Assembly: GCA_963933835.1 (NCBI GenBank)
Contig: CAWVVV010000002.1
Coordinates: forward strand, 417,849 to 481,848
DNA length: 64,000 nucleotides
DNA from: an uncultured Puniceicoccaceae bacterium
GTDB taxonomy: Bacteria > Verrucomicrobiota > Verrucomicrobiia > Opitutales > Oceanipulchritudinaceae
Reading direction: 5' to 3'
Within the stretch, counting starts at the first letter, position 1, and each line of letters begins with the position of its first letter. The notes under the pieces are model-generated. The model had not been told where the DNA came from and made no database searches. It was given only the letters and a program-made list of their open reading frames with translations. A program made the position numbers and the translations under genes. Positions 1 to 9,759 of the stretch are shown in pieces.

Positions 1-2718
1 CACCGCGCCAGCTTGGTTGAGGCGTGAGAGATCGAGTGTGCCGGAGCCAGAACTTGCAAACTCAAGGTTAAAGGCCATCTCATCGGAGGTGGGAATAAGA
101 GAGCGGAAGGCGCTCCCGCTCTGGGCATCACCGACAGATGTATCTGGGTCGACGTCAGGGAGTGCGAGCGGCACGAAGAGTTCGTCTTGAAAGCCTATGG
201 TATCTGCGTTTCCCAGCTCAAATCTGAGTTGATCGATGGGCCGATCGACGCCTTCGAGGAGAACAATAGGGGTCATCGAAGAGGGGAAACGGAGGGCAAA
301 TGGGCGCTGTGCTTCGTAGTAGAACGGGCTTACGCGATTAGGCTCGAAGGCGATATCGATGAAGCCGTTTGGAACACCTGTGGATTGGAGTTTAGTGGCG
401 AGAGCGTCACTGTTATCCGGGTCGGCTTCGTCCCACTGGAATGAGCGATAGGCCGTCTTGTAGGCTCTGTATCCAGCGAGATAAGTGTCTTCTGCGGACT
501 CGCTGTTTTGCACCGGCTGGTTAAGCTGGTTCAAAGCGCTGGCTAAGGAAGCGGGAGGGGTGAAATCGATCATCGCCTCATGCCATCCAGTGAGGGAATT
601 GTACGTCGCGGCACTAGGAGTTAATTGGTTAGCCGGGTAGGCATCGGTAAGCTCGATGTCCGGAAGCTCACGAATGACGATTTCGTATTCAGCAAAGGCT
701 TGATCGATGTTTGGACTGTTCTCGTCCGTCTTCGTAATTCGAATACGGATCGTCTCTTCATAGGGTTCGAAGTTATTCTCCGAGCCTTCTATGCCACTGT
801 AGTTGCCTTCAACATAGTTTGCAAATTCGTCATAGGGAATGGGGTCCTCTTCGTCGTTGTTCAAGATGACCGTCAGGGTGTTCCCATCGAAGTCAAAAGT
901 GCCATCGCTAGTGAAAAAGCCTGCAGTCACATCAACAGAAGTTCCAACGCTGTTGAGCGCTTGGTTTCCTATGATAACCTGAGCATCCCAGCCCTCTTGT
1001 TCGGCCGTGGTCTTGGTGAAATCAAAGAGGGTAGCTGGAGCATCTCCTTGATTTGTGAAAACCTCTACGGTGTAGGAGAGACTCTCATCGGTGAAATTCG
1101 TCAGGTAGATGGGAACTTGGATAATAGCTCCAATAGATTCACTGACGACAGACCGTGAGGCCCTCATCAGCACTTCATCTGTTTCGATTGCACTATTCAA
1201 AGTAGAGGTGAAGCGCCCAAAGCCAATCTCGAGCGGAATTTCAGGGAAGTCGATTTGGTAACTAGATTGAAGGTCAGTTCCTGTCGTTAAATCCAAATAC
1301 ACTTTGCTTTGACTGTCCTGTCCGGCGTTTTCGACGTAAAAGGGTAAAGCGTCAGTGCTGTCTCCGATCGATACTGTCAGATCTTTAGCAACATCGCCGT
1401 CAGCTTGCGAAGTGATCGTGAGCGTCGCGAGGGTCGCGCCACTCGGAATAAATGCGAAGAAATCTGGGAGGTCATTCACATCATCCTCATCCTCAGGCAT
1501 AAAAACGTCGTTTGTGTATTCGCCCGAGATCAAGTTGCCGTCCTCGTCAATGACAGCAGCGCCGGCACTGCCAGAGAAACTCAGGGGTATGAAGATATCC
1601 TCTGGGAAGGTCGCTGTGAGGCTAATGAGTAGTGTTATTGACTCGGTGCGGCGGAGGCTAGCCCCGGCCTTCTCGTTTGCATCAAAAATCGAGACGTTGA
1701 TGGCGAGGGTAGGATCTATGCTACTGCTTTCAGATTCAACGATGAAGGCCTCGATGGGCTGGCTATCGACGGTAAATGTTCGTCCGTCGTTGGGGCTGTC
1801 AGGATTGTTAATACTGAGTCTATCGAGCTGAACGAAAAAGTTTTCTTCGCCCTCATCATCCAGATCGAATGCGGGGGTTAAGCTGATCGTCGTAAAAGTG
1901 CTCCCTGCGCTTATAGTCGTTCTTCCAACTCCGGTATAGACAGTGTTGCTGGAGTCATTTGGATCGTAATTGACTTCGTTCCCTACGGTATCGGCGACAA
2001 AGTCTTCGGGGCTCGCTGCGTTATTGCCAGCGAAGCTCAAAGAATAAATGAGCTCTGTATCTTCAGGGATCGCAGTCCTCAGGCGTAGGTTAATTGAAAA
2101 GAAGCCATCCTCATCGGCTTCGTAGCGTCGGTTTCTCTCGAAGAGAATATGTTCAGGGAATTCACCCGTTGGCGTATCGTCATCTTGGATGATGAGCGTA
2201 TGGGTTAACTTGTCGCCCAATGCGCTGCCTTCAAACGCACTTTGGTCGATGTCGAAAATGATTGTTTCAAGTGCCTGTTCAGTGGCTTCGCCGTCTTTGA
2301 GGGTGTCGTTGTTAATCGTCACGCTGAATGTGCGTGAAATTTCTCCAAACGAGAAGGTCATCGAGCCTGTCAGTGTCTCGGGGTCGAAAAGGTATCCGTT
2401 CAGGTCGTTTTCCGACGTGTCTTCGGCGACGAAGTAATCCCCGTCTTCTCGTGCACCCGTTTCGATCGATTGTTGATAAATCGCGGTTGAGGCCGGGTTA
2501 ATTGAGAACGGAATCGTCACATCAGCGAAGAAGCGATTGCTCAGGGTCATCTCCACCGTGACGACCGTCGATGAAGCACCCTCTGGGAAGATTTGCTCAA
2601 ACTCAGCAAACGAAACCGTGACGGTAGCTGGATTATCGGGCGTCTGTGCGAAGGCTAGACTGAAGGCACAGAGTGACCCGATGCAGGTTGAGTAGCGTGA
2701 GAAGCTTGGGCGTCTCAT
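1..2718 (-). CDS. Large secreted acidic Calx-beta/Ig-like repeat protein, partial (runs off the left edge; absent from the ORF track)
   Basis: Manual translation from ATG 2718: signal peptide MRRPSFSRYSTCIGSLCAFSLAFA, then Calx-beta-like motifs 'GSMTFSFGEISRTFSVTINNDT..E..ETI..HTLIIQDDD' and 'TISAGSTFTTISLTPAFDLDDEGEENFFVQL'. No stop seen in the stretches translated; the frame is open at position 1. Confidence 0.85.
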   Translation of the reverse strand, partial: MRRPSFSRYSTCIGSLCAFSLAFAQTPDNPATVTVSFAEFEQIFPEGASSTVVTVEMTLSNRFFADVTIPFSINPASTAIYQQSIETGAREDGDYFVAEDTSENDLNGYLFDPETLTGSMTFSFGEISRTFSVTINNDTLKDGEATEQALETIIFDIDQSAFEGSALGDKLTHTLIIQDDDTPTGEFPEHILFERNRRYEADEDGFFSINLRLRTAIPEDTELIYSLSFAGNNAASPEDFVADTVGNEVNYDPNDSSNTVYTGVGRTTISAGSTFTTISLTPAFDLDDEGEENFFVQLDRLSINNPDSPNDGRTFTVDSQPIEAFIVESESSSIDPTLAINVSIFDANEKAGASLRRTESITLLISLTATFPEDIFIPLSFSGSAGAAVIDEDGNLISGEYTNDVFMPEDEDDVNDLPDFFAFIPSGATLATLTITSQADGDVAKDLTVSIGDSTDALPFYVENAGQDSQSKVYLDLTTGTDLQSSYQIDFPEIPLEIGFGRFTSTLNSAIETDEVLMRASRSVVSESIGAIIQVPIYLTNFTDESLSYTVEVFTNQGDAPATLFDFTKTTAEQEGWDAQVIIGNQALNSVGTSVDVTAGFFTSDGTFDFDGNTLTVILNNDEEDPIPYDEFANYVEGNYSGIEGSENNFEPYEETIRIRITKTDENSPNIDQAFAEYEIVIRELPDIELTDAYPANQLTPSAATYNSLTGWHEAMIDFTPPASLASALNQLNQPVQNSESAEDTYLAGYRAYKTAYRSFQWDEADPDNSDALATKLQSTGVPNGFIDIAFEPNRVSPFYYEAQRPFALRFPSSMTPIVLLEGVDRPIDQLRFELGNADTIGFQDELFVPLALPDVDPDTSVGDAQSGSAFRSLIPTSDEMAFNLEFASSGSGTLDLSRLNQAGAV

Positions 2719-2724
2719 AATTAT

Positions 2725-4050
2725 CTAAAAATTGAGGGTTTCTTCAGCGTTTGTGCTGAGATTGAAGAAAGTGCTTTGGCCGACTGCCGATGATTTAAGC
2801 TCAAGCCAGACAGGATCGCTTGAGCGATAAATCCACGGCTGAACATCTTGACTGGTCCAGACCCAACCAAAGTCATTCGTGTTGCCTGCCGGAGTGTTGA
2901 TATAAAACCAAAAGTTGTCTGGATCGAAGGTCCCGCCAGTCGTTGGATCAAAGACCCATCCTAGCGTCAGGCTGTAGTCCCAATCGCCATCCGACTCAGA
3001 AGACCAAAACCAAGCATCGAAGAAGGGCGAGTAGAACCAGCTTGAGAAGCCATGTTGCTCTGAGGCGTGATTGGGCTTCGCGAGGGCATTGGGATTTGCA
3101 AAGCCAGTTAGATCAACAAAGTCCGGTATCCCATCCCCGTCAAAGTCGCTGTCATCTATCAGCTCAAGGATGTAGTAACTATATTGAAAGCTCTCAGCTT
3201 TTATGGTGGCTGACCCCGGGAGTGTAGACAGAGCCTCGTCACTTGGCAGACTATTGAGTTGCAGCGCCCCTCGGAAGGTAAAATAGGGGTCTGTTCCTGT
3301 CAGATTATCGTCCAATCTCAGGTTGCTAGATATAAAATTCCACTGCTCAGTACTGCTGCTAGAGATCGCAAAATCTAGATTTTCAATTGAGGCGAGCGCA
3401 TCAGAATGGCTCAGGCCCGCAAACGAGTTAAAAGTGAATGTCGGGTCGTAATTCGCGCCGGAGCCAATAAACTGCACGACCCGACCGGTTGCTTGAATGT
3501 TCCACGACATCGTTCCGTTCAGGCCGTCAAAGTAGCCTGGTGAGGAGGTTGCTCCGAGGGTTGAAGGGTTTGCGTTTGTCCGGACAAATCCAGCGATACC
3601 TGGCCCGAAGGAGCTAACGGTGCCATTGGTGCCCTCAATGGGGAGCTGCATCGCGAGAAAACCATTCTCCGTTATTTCATTGAGATTTCCCGCTCCATCG
3701 AAGTTTAGGCCGAGGTATTCCGAGATGAGGGTAAAGACGGGCACACTGTCTTCGACTCCTGTATCGGCAGGCTGCACATGCACATTAAAATCTCTTAGGA
3801 AAAGGATGGAAGGACTCGTTCCCTTCGATCCGATCTCAAAGAGATAGAGTTTGCTGGCGAAATCTGAGTACGGCGTGGGGACGGGTGTTAGCTCATCGAA
3901 TGATTCGATCGAAAAGTTCACATTCCCCGACTGGGCGCTCATTGAAGTGGCGAGCGTAACGGCGGCGAGTGCACACAAATTTCTTCGTTTCGCAGCCCAT
4001 GGGCGTTGATCAGAATGGCGTGCGGTGGGCACTGGTAAAAGATGTCTCAT
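2725..4050 (-). CDS. Secreted protein with a DxDGDG Ca-binding-like motif and Trp/aromatic-rich C-terminal domain
   Basis: Signal-like 'KRRNLCALAAVTLATSMSAQ'; 'DSDFDGDGIPDFVD'; C-terminal 'WFYSPFFDAWFW..WDYSLTLGWVF..WFY..FGWVWTS..PWIY'. Start uncertain (ATG 4050 chosen). Confidence 0.75.
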   Translation of the reverse strand: MRHLLPVPTARHSDQRPWAAKRRNLCALAAVTLATSMSAQSGNVNFSIESFDELTPVPTPYSDFASKLYLFEIGSKGTSPSILFLRDFNVHVQPADTGVEDSVPVFTLISEYLGLNFDGAGNLNEITENGFLAMQLPIEGTNGTVSSFGPGIAGFVRTNANPSTLGATSSPGYFDGLNGTMSWNIQATGRVVQFIGSGANYDPTFTFNSFAGLSHSDALASIENLDFAISSSSTEQWNFISSNLRLDDNLTGTDPYFTFRGALQLNSLPSDEALSTLPGSATIKAESFQYSYYILELIDDSDFDGDGIPDFVDLTGFANPNALAKPNHASEQHGFSSWFYSPFFDAWFWSSESDGDWDYSLTLGWVFDPTTGGTFDPDNFWFYINTPAGNTNDFGWVWTSQDVQPWIYRSSDPVWLELKSSAVGQSTFFNLSTNAEETLNF

Positions 4051-4088
4051 GAGAAAATAGAGGTCGGGCGGAGCCTGATGAATGCCCA

Positions 4089-5399
4089 CTAAGTCTGCCC
4101 GTTATGGGTGCTGCAAGCATGAAGGCGGGTTTCAAGTTGTCTCAGTATCCGACCGACCGCTCCGCGGTGGCGTTCAAAGACCGCGCGGGCATTTTGACCT
4201 CGCTCCAATCGCTCAGCCTCATGCCTCACCAGAGTATTCAATACCTCCGGCAAGTCTTCGGCGGTAACCTCGATGGCAGCGTCGGATTGGAGGAGCTCAT
4301 TGGCGAGCGCTTGGAAGTTTGACATCCCGGAGCCGAAGAGCAGCGGCTTGGAAAATGCAGCCCCTTCGATCGGGGTTTGCCCGTCGCCGTGCGGTGGTAG
4401 GGATTTGCCGATGAATGCGATGTCCGCGAGTTGAATAAAGGAGCGCAGTTCGCCGGTTGTGTCAGCGACATAGCACACCACGTCTTGGGCGGAAGTTGCC
4501 CCTTCACTGCGAAGGTGAAACGGAACCTTCGCAGCCTTGAGCTCCCGAGTAATTTCAGCTCTGCGCTCGGCATGGCGGGGAACGAGGAGCAAGCGGACAG
4601 GAAGGCCTGCCTCGCGCAAATGCTTCGTTGCTTCGACAAGGGCCGATTCCTCGCCGGGCCACGTCGAGGCGCCGACGATGATGAGATCTTCGGTCGTAAA
4701 ACCAATCTCGCTAAGGAGGCTTGCTAGTGCATCCGCTTCAAGGGTGCTGCTGCTGGGATCAAAATCAAATTTCAGGTTTCCAACTGTTTCGATCGGGCAG
4801 TCGAGCTTAAGCAGTTCGAAGTTTTTCGCGTCGCGTTCTCCTGCCGCGAGAATCTGGCTGATTGGACGAAGGAGCGTTTTTGAAAAGGCGCCCATCTTTG
4901 CGTAGCGGCGAGCAGAGCGCTGCGACATCCGGGCGTTGATCAGGACAACCGGCGCTTTGCGCTTCGCCGCTTGTTGTAGGTGTTCTGGCCATAGCTCGCT
5001 CTCCATTAGGATCACGAGATCGGGCTGAATTCGTTTCCACGCGCGGCCGGAGAAGAGGACAAAATCGAGAGGGAAAATACCCTGCCAACGGGTGCAATCA
5101 GCGTAGCGTTCCTCGATCAATTTCCGTCCAGTGCTCGTCGTTGTGGTGAGGAAAACTTCGACGCCATCGTCTGCATCAAGCGCTCTGAGCAGAGGGGCAA
5201 GCGCGAGGGCCTCGCCGACACTCACCGATTGAATCCAGATGCGTTTGACACCTGAGCGACGCGGAGGAATGTTTCCGAGCTTTCCCCAGCGGTGAGCTAC
5301 ATCCTTTGAATATCCCCCTCGACGCCACATCCGCCAGCCGTAGTAGGGCAGGGCAATGAGTAGAGCGGGTAGGTAAGCAAGCCGATATAGCCAAATCAT
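4089..5399 (-). CDS. waaA: 3-deoxy-D-manno-octulosonic acid (Kdo) transferase
   Basis: Motifs IWIQSVSVGE, ESELWP, INARMS, GNLKFD, LVPRHAER, DTTGEL. Confidence 0.93.
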   Translation of the reverse strand: MIWLYRLAYLPALLIALPYYGWRMWRRGGYSKDVAHRWGKLGNIPPRRSGVKRIWIQSVSVGEALALAPLLRALDADDGVEVFLTTTTSTGRKLIEERYADCTRWQGIFPLDFVLFSGRAWKRIQPDLVILMESELWPEHLQQAAKRKAPVVLINARMSQRSARRYAKMGAFSKTLLRPISQILAAGERDAKNFELLKLDCPIETVGNLKFDFDPSSSTLEADALASLLSEIGFTTEDLIIVGASTWPGEESALVEATKHLREAGLPVRLLLVPRHAERRAEITRELKAAKVPFHLRSEGATSAQDVVCYVADTTGELRSFIQLADIAFIGKSLPPHGDGQTPIEGAAFSKPLLFGSGMSNFQALANELLQSDAAIEVTAEDLPEVLNTLVRHEAERLERGQNARAVFERHRGAVGRILRQLETRLHACSTHNGQT

Positions 5400-5447
5400 A
5401 CGTTGGGGTTCGAACGACGAAACGGTTATTCAAGTCCAGTGCTTATA

Positions 5448-8285
5448 ATGAACAAGCGTAAAGCCTCCCTACTTACCCTTTCGCTTCTAGGAGCGATCTC
5501 ATTCCTCGCGGCTGATGGGCCACGGCCCTATGCCCATGAGTCGAGCGACCTGCCGGTTGATCCGGCGGTCACCTTTGGGGCGCTTGAGAACGGCCTCCGC
5601 TATGCTATTTTGCCGAATAAGGAGCCGCCGGGCCGCGTCAGCCTGCGTTTGCTCGTGGAAGCAGGGCGCCTCGAAGAGCGAGAGGATCAGATCGGGGCGG
5701 CCCACCTTCTCGAGCACCTCATGTTCAACGGCTCCGAGCATTTCCCCCCAGGAGAGCTAGTGAAGCTCTTTCAACGCCTCGGTATGGGTTTTGGCGCGGA
5801 TACGAACGCCTACACCGGCTTCGACGAAACCGTCTACATGTTCGAACTTCCGGACACGAATGACGAGACCCTTGAACAGTCCTTTCTTGCCCTCCGCGAC
5901 TACGCGGACCGTGCCTTCCTACTAGTAGAAGAGGTCGAGCGTGAGCGTGGCATCGTCTTGAGTGAGCGACGTGATCGCAACACCGCGGGGCGCCGCTCTG
6001 CTGAGGATGCTATTCGCTTCATGATGCCCTACGCGACGGCTGCAGACCGTGTGACCGCTTCCGAAGGAGATACGCTAGCCCTCACCGTTCAGGATCTGCG
6101 GGATTTCTACGAAGACTGGTATTCTGCGGAGAAGATGGCGGTGATCGTTGTTGGTGACATCGCGCCGCCTCGCGCGGCGGCGTTGATCCAAAAGCATTTC
6201 GACGATGTGCGGGCGAACGAAGTGCCGGCTCCTCCTGTGGCGCGTGGTATCGTGACTGACCGTGAAGAGGCTTACGACGTCTTCGTCGATGCCGAGTTGG
6301 CGAGCACAGAGATCGATCTCAACACCATCCGCCCTCGGGATAAGCCGCTGGATACTGCGGAGCTACGCGCACACGACGTGGCGATTGATGCCGCCAACGC
6401 GATGTTGAACCTACGCTTGGCTGAGCTGGCGCAGTCCGAGAACCCTCCCTTTCTTTCTGCTACGGGCTATTCCTACCGCTACCTTGGGCTGATTGAGTCT
6501 ACTGGGGTGTCGGCTAAGGTGTCTGATAGTGAGCAATGGGAGCGAGCCCTCGCTACGATTCAGTATGAGCTGCGGCGAGCCCTCGAGTTCGGATTCAATG
6601 AGAGCGAACTGGAACTTTACGTCGCGAATCAGCTCACTGGGCTGAAGCGGGCGGTGGCCCAAGCAGAAAGCAGGGAATCTAGTGCCCTTGCTCAGGGACT
6701 TGTCGATGCTATCAGCGGTGACACCGTGATGATGAATCCCGCGCAGGAGCTTGCCTTTTACGGACCACTCTTCGAGAGCCTGACGACGGAAGTAGCTCAA
6801 GCAGTTTTGAGTGATCTATGGGCAGGCCCCTCTCGCCTCCTGCGTATCCAGACACCTGAGCCGATCGAGAATCTCTACGTCGATATGCGTCTCGCATTTC
6901 GGGCAAACGAATCGGTCGAAGTCGAACCCCTCGCAGAAGTCGAAGCAGCCGATTTTGGGTATACAGACTTTGGCGAAGCTGGCACGATTGTTGAGCGCAA
7001 CGCCATCGCAGGCCTCGACGCCGAGCAGATCATTTTCGCCAACAACGTCGTGCTCAGCCTCAAGAAAACAGATTTTGAAAAGGGGCGTGTGCGCATTGGG
7101 GTACGTTTAGGAGAGGGTATCGTATCGATGGACTCCGCTTTGGAGGGCCTTGAAACGTATAGTCAGATCGCATTTCTATCTGGTGGCTTGGAAAAACACA
7201 GCGTCATCGAGCTCGAGAAAATTTTCGCGGGCAGCTCAGTCGGTATCAGCTATGCGCCCGAGGAAGATGCGCTGACCCTTAGCGGTGTCACGACTCCAGA
7301 AGATCTTCTTCTCCAGCTCCAGTATTTGGCCGCCTATGTGACTGCGCCGGGTTACCGTCCCGAGGCCGCACGCCGCGCCCAGCAATCGATCCCGCAGCTC
7401 TACCGACAGCTCACACAAACGCTCGACGGCGTCTTTGCGCGTGAGGTGCCTCGCTATCTCGCAGGGGGTGATCCGCGTTTTGGCTACGCTAGTGAAGAGG
7501 CCATTCTCTCACACGACCTTGAGGGTCTTGCAGCGTGGCTAGGGCCTCAGCTTGCGAACTCAAAACTCGAAGTCGCCGTCGTTGGGGACATCGATCCCCA
7601 AGCAGTCATTGAGGCTGTCGCGAACACTTTTGGAGCCTTGCCCGAGCGACCAATGGTGAAGGAGATCACCGCCGATCGGCAATTGACGATGCCCGAAGCG
7701 GGTTCGCTTGGAGAATTTACCTTTGCTACGGACAACCCAAAAGCCCGCCTCTTCGTCACCTGGCCGACGGCTGATCGTTCAGATATATTTCTGACCCGAC
7801 GTCTCTCTGTCATGGCGGGACTCGTGTCTGAGCGCCTCCGCGAGCGCGTTCGCGAGGAAATCGGCGAAGCCTATAGCCCCTATGCATACAATCGCTCCAA
7901 TGATGCGTATCCGGGATTTGGCTACACCGCTGCGGTTATGGATATCACTGCGGACCGAATTGAGCCGCTCAGCGAATTGCTCTTCGAAATCGGATCAGAC
8001 CTCGTGAACAACGAGATTGAGCAGGATGAGTTTGAACGCGTCTTGCGCCCCCGCATCACCTCGCTCGAGGAGCAGGCCCGCGAAAATCCTTATTGGCTCT
8101 ACACCGTTTTGCTTGGCTCGCACGAAAAGCCAGAGCGACTCGAATGGGCGCGCACCTTGTTCACTGACTACCCGAGTATTACGCGGGAAGAAATCGCCGA
8201 GCTGGCAAAAGCCTATCTCAATCCGGAATCAGCCTTCCGTGTCTCCGTCGTCGGATTACTAAGGAGCGAGGAAGAGGACCAATAG
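5448..8285 (+). CDS. Secreted M16 family zinc protease (PqqL-like)
   Basis: Signal peptide; inverted zincin motif AHLLEHLMFNGS; 'GADTNAYTGFDETVY'; C-terminal 'RLRERVRE..YSPY'. Confidence 0.9.
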   Translation: MNKRKASLLTLSLLGAISFLAADGPRPYAHESSDLPVDPAVTFGALENGLRYAILPNKEPPGRVSLRLLVEAGRLEEREDQIGAAHLLEHLMFNGSEHFPPGELVKLFQRLGMGFGADTNAYTGFDETVYMFELPDTNDETLEQSFLALRDYADRAFLLVEEVERERGIVLSERRDRNTAGRRSAEDAIRFMMPYATAADRVTASEGDTLALTVQDLRDFYEDWYSAEKMAVIVVGDIAPPRAAALIQKHFDDVRANEVPAPPVARGIVTDREEAYDVFVDAELASTEIDLNTIRPRDKPLDTAELRAHDVAIDAANAMLNLRLAELAQSENPPFLSATGYSYRYLGLIESTGVSAKVSDSEQWERALATIQYELRRALEFGFNESELELYVANQLTGLKRAVAQAESRESSALAQGLVDAISGDTVMMNPAQELAFYGPLFESLTTEVAQAVLSDLWAGPSRLLRIQTPEPIENLYVDMRLAFRANESVEVEPLAEVEAADFGYTDFGEAGTIVERNAIAGLDAEQIIFANNVVLSLKKTDFEKGRVRIGVRLGEGIVSMDSALEGLETYSQIAFLSGGLEKHSVIELEKIFAGSSVGISYAPEEDALTLSGVTTPEDLLLQLQYLAAYVTAPGYRPEAARRAQQSIPQLYRQLTQTLDGVFAREVPRYLAGGDPRFGYASEEAILSHDLEGLAAWLGPQLANSKLEVAVVGDIDPQAVIEAVANTFGALPERPMVKEITADRQLTMPEAGSLGEFTFATDNPKARLFVTWPTADRSDIFLTRRLSVMAGLVSERLRERVREEIGEAYSPYAYNRSNDAYPGFGYTAAVMDITADRIEPLSELLFEIGSDLVNNEIEQDEFERVLRPRITSLEEQARENPYWLYTVLLGSHEKPERLEWARTLFTDYPSITREEIAELAKAYLNPESAFRVSVVGLLRSEEEDQ

Positions 8286-8340
8286 CTTACGATTGTTTTC
8301 CGGGTTGTGCTTCGACCCGAGAGACATATCTCTAATTATT

Positions 8341-9138
8341 ATGGATCGAATCGTCACTGCCTTTCAGAGCGCCCGGGAAAAGGGCTCAGCCCTGCTCGTC
8401 TCGTATTTGTGCGCAGGAGATCCGGATTTAGAGACGTCCTACCAAGCGTGTTGTAAACTGATCGAGGCCGGAGTGGGGGTAATTGAGCTCGGCGTTCCAT
8501 TTTCTGATCCACTTGCAGACGGCCAAACAAATCAGCTTGCTGCCGAGCGCGCCCTAAAATCCGGCATGACGCCTAGCGATGTTTTCACTCTTTCAAGGCG
8601 CCTGCGTGCGCACACCGAAGTGTCGATTGTATTGTATACTTACTACAATATTACGATGGCACCTGGAATCGAAGCCTATGTCATTGAGGCTAAAGCAGCC
8701 GGTGTTGATGCGATCCTGACGCTCGACCTTCCACCGGAAGAGGCGGTTGAATTCATCGAGATTTGTAAGAAGCACGGGATGGGAACGGTCTTTATCATCG
8801 CGCCGACAACCCCGGATGCGCGGATTAAGCTCATTACCGAAGCAGCGACTAGTTTTATATACTATGTATCTTACGAAGGAGTGACGGGCGTCCGTACGGA
8901 GCTCGCTACTGGCATTTCGGAAGCGGTTCAGCGCATTCGGGCGCACACAAAGCTGCCCGTTGTTGTCGGCTTCGGAATCAGCACAGCCGAGCAAGTTCGA
9001 ACCGTCGCTGCTGATGCCGATGGCGTTGTTGTTGGGAGCGCCTTGGTGAATTGTATTCCGGCCAACCCTGACGATCCTTCCGCTGCCGTTGAAGCCATCG
9101 GCACAAAGGCTCGAGAGCTAGTCAGTGGTTTGAGCTAA
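8341..9138 (+). CDS. trpA: Tryptophan synthase alpha subunit
   Basis: AGDPD, IELGVPFSDPLADG, YYVS.GVTG, VGFGIS, DGVVVGSA. Confidence 0.97.
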   Translation: MDRIVTAFQSAREKGSALLVSYLCAGDPDLETSYQACCKLIEAGVGVIELGVPFSDPLADGQTNQLAAERALKSGMTPSDVFTLSRRLRAHTEVSIVLYTYYNITMAPGIEAYVIEAKAAGVDAILTLDLPPEEAVEFIEICKKHGMGTVFIIAPTTPDARIKLITEAATSFIYYVSYEGVTGVRTELATGISEAVQRIRAHTKLPVVVGFGISTAEQVRTVAADADGVVVGSALVNCIPANPDDPSAAVEAIGTKARELVSGLS

Positions 9139-9210
9139 ACAGATGTCCTTTAGCTGTTCGGTATGCATCCAATGCGTTACGCTGAGCACCCTATCCGTAA
9201 CGCCCTGAAT

Positions 9211-9630
9211 TTACTCACTTTCACTACCCAATGTTCTGGGGTTCACATCGTAAAATTGAGTGAGATCGAGGTCGTTGTCCGCTAATTTTGATGAGGGAAA
9301 TACATCCATAATAAGCTCACGGTGGGGTGAGTCTCGGCGAACATAAGCGATGAGGGCCCAGTCTCCCCACAGTTTATAAACAGCGCCGAATTCGCAATTA
9401 TCTCGGATGTGGAGCATCTCCCGATAGAACATTTCACTGACCTTCTCACTATCCCAGTATTTGAAGAGAATGGTTCCTCTCCCTCTAACACTGCCTTGCA
9501 CGCTGGCGGATTGAAATGCTGGATCGGTCGAATAGTCGCTCCTATCTTTAGTTAGCTGTGGGTATCAACTTCATTGATCTATTACGAACCCGTCTTTCGG
9601 AAAATATATGTGTTCGGGCGCGTCTCGGAC
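9211..9630 (-). pseudogene. Probable degraded hypothetical gene
   Basis: The 96-aa ORF (9211-9501) extends upstream in frame without an ATG and is interrupted by two TGA codons (9565-9567, 9571-9573) in 'PEHIYFPKDGFVIDQ*S*YPQL'. Confidence 0.4.
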
Positions 9631-9759
9631 TAGGCGATTTAGGCCCCTGAATGGATGTGCCGCTGTTTTGGCGCGTTCCTTTTGCGCTAAAGTAGTGCGC
9701 GACAAGCTTCTCGCAAAATGCGCTAGGGATGTTTCTCTCTTCTACTATAGCGCTAAAGC

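Noticed and set aside
187..2437. Plus-strand ORFs of 75-177 aa
   Set aside because: Antisense shadows of the long minus-strand Calx-beta gene
9565..9573. Selenocysteine or genome-wide TGA recoding
   Set aside because: TGA terminates conserved genes here (e.g. rarA, nuoJ, murA, hisI); no redox-motif context
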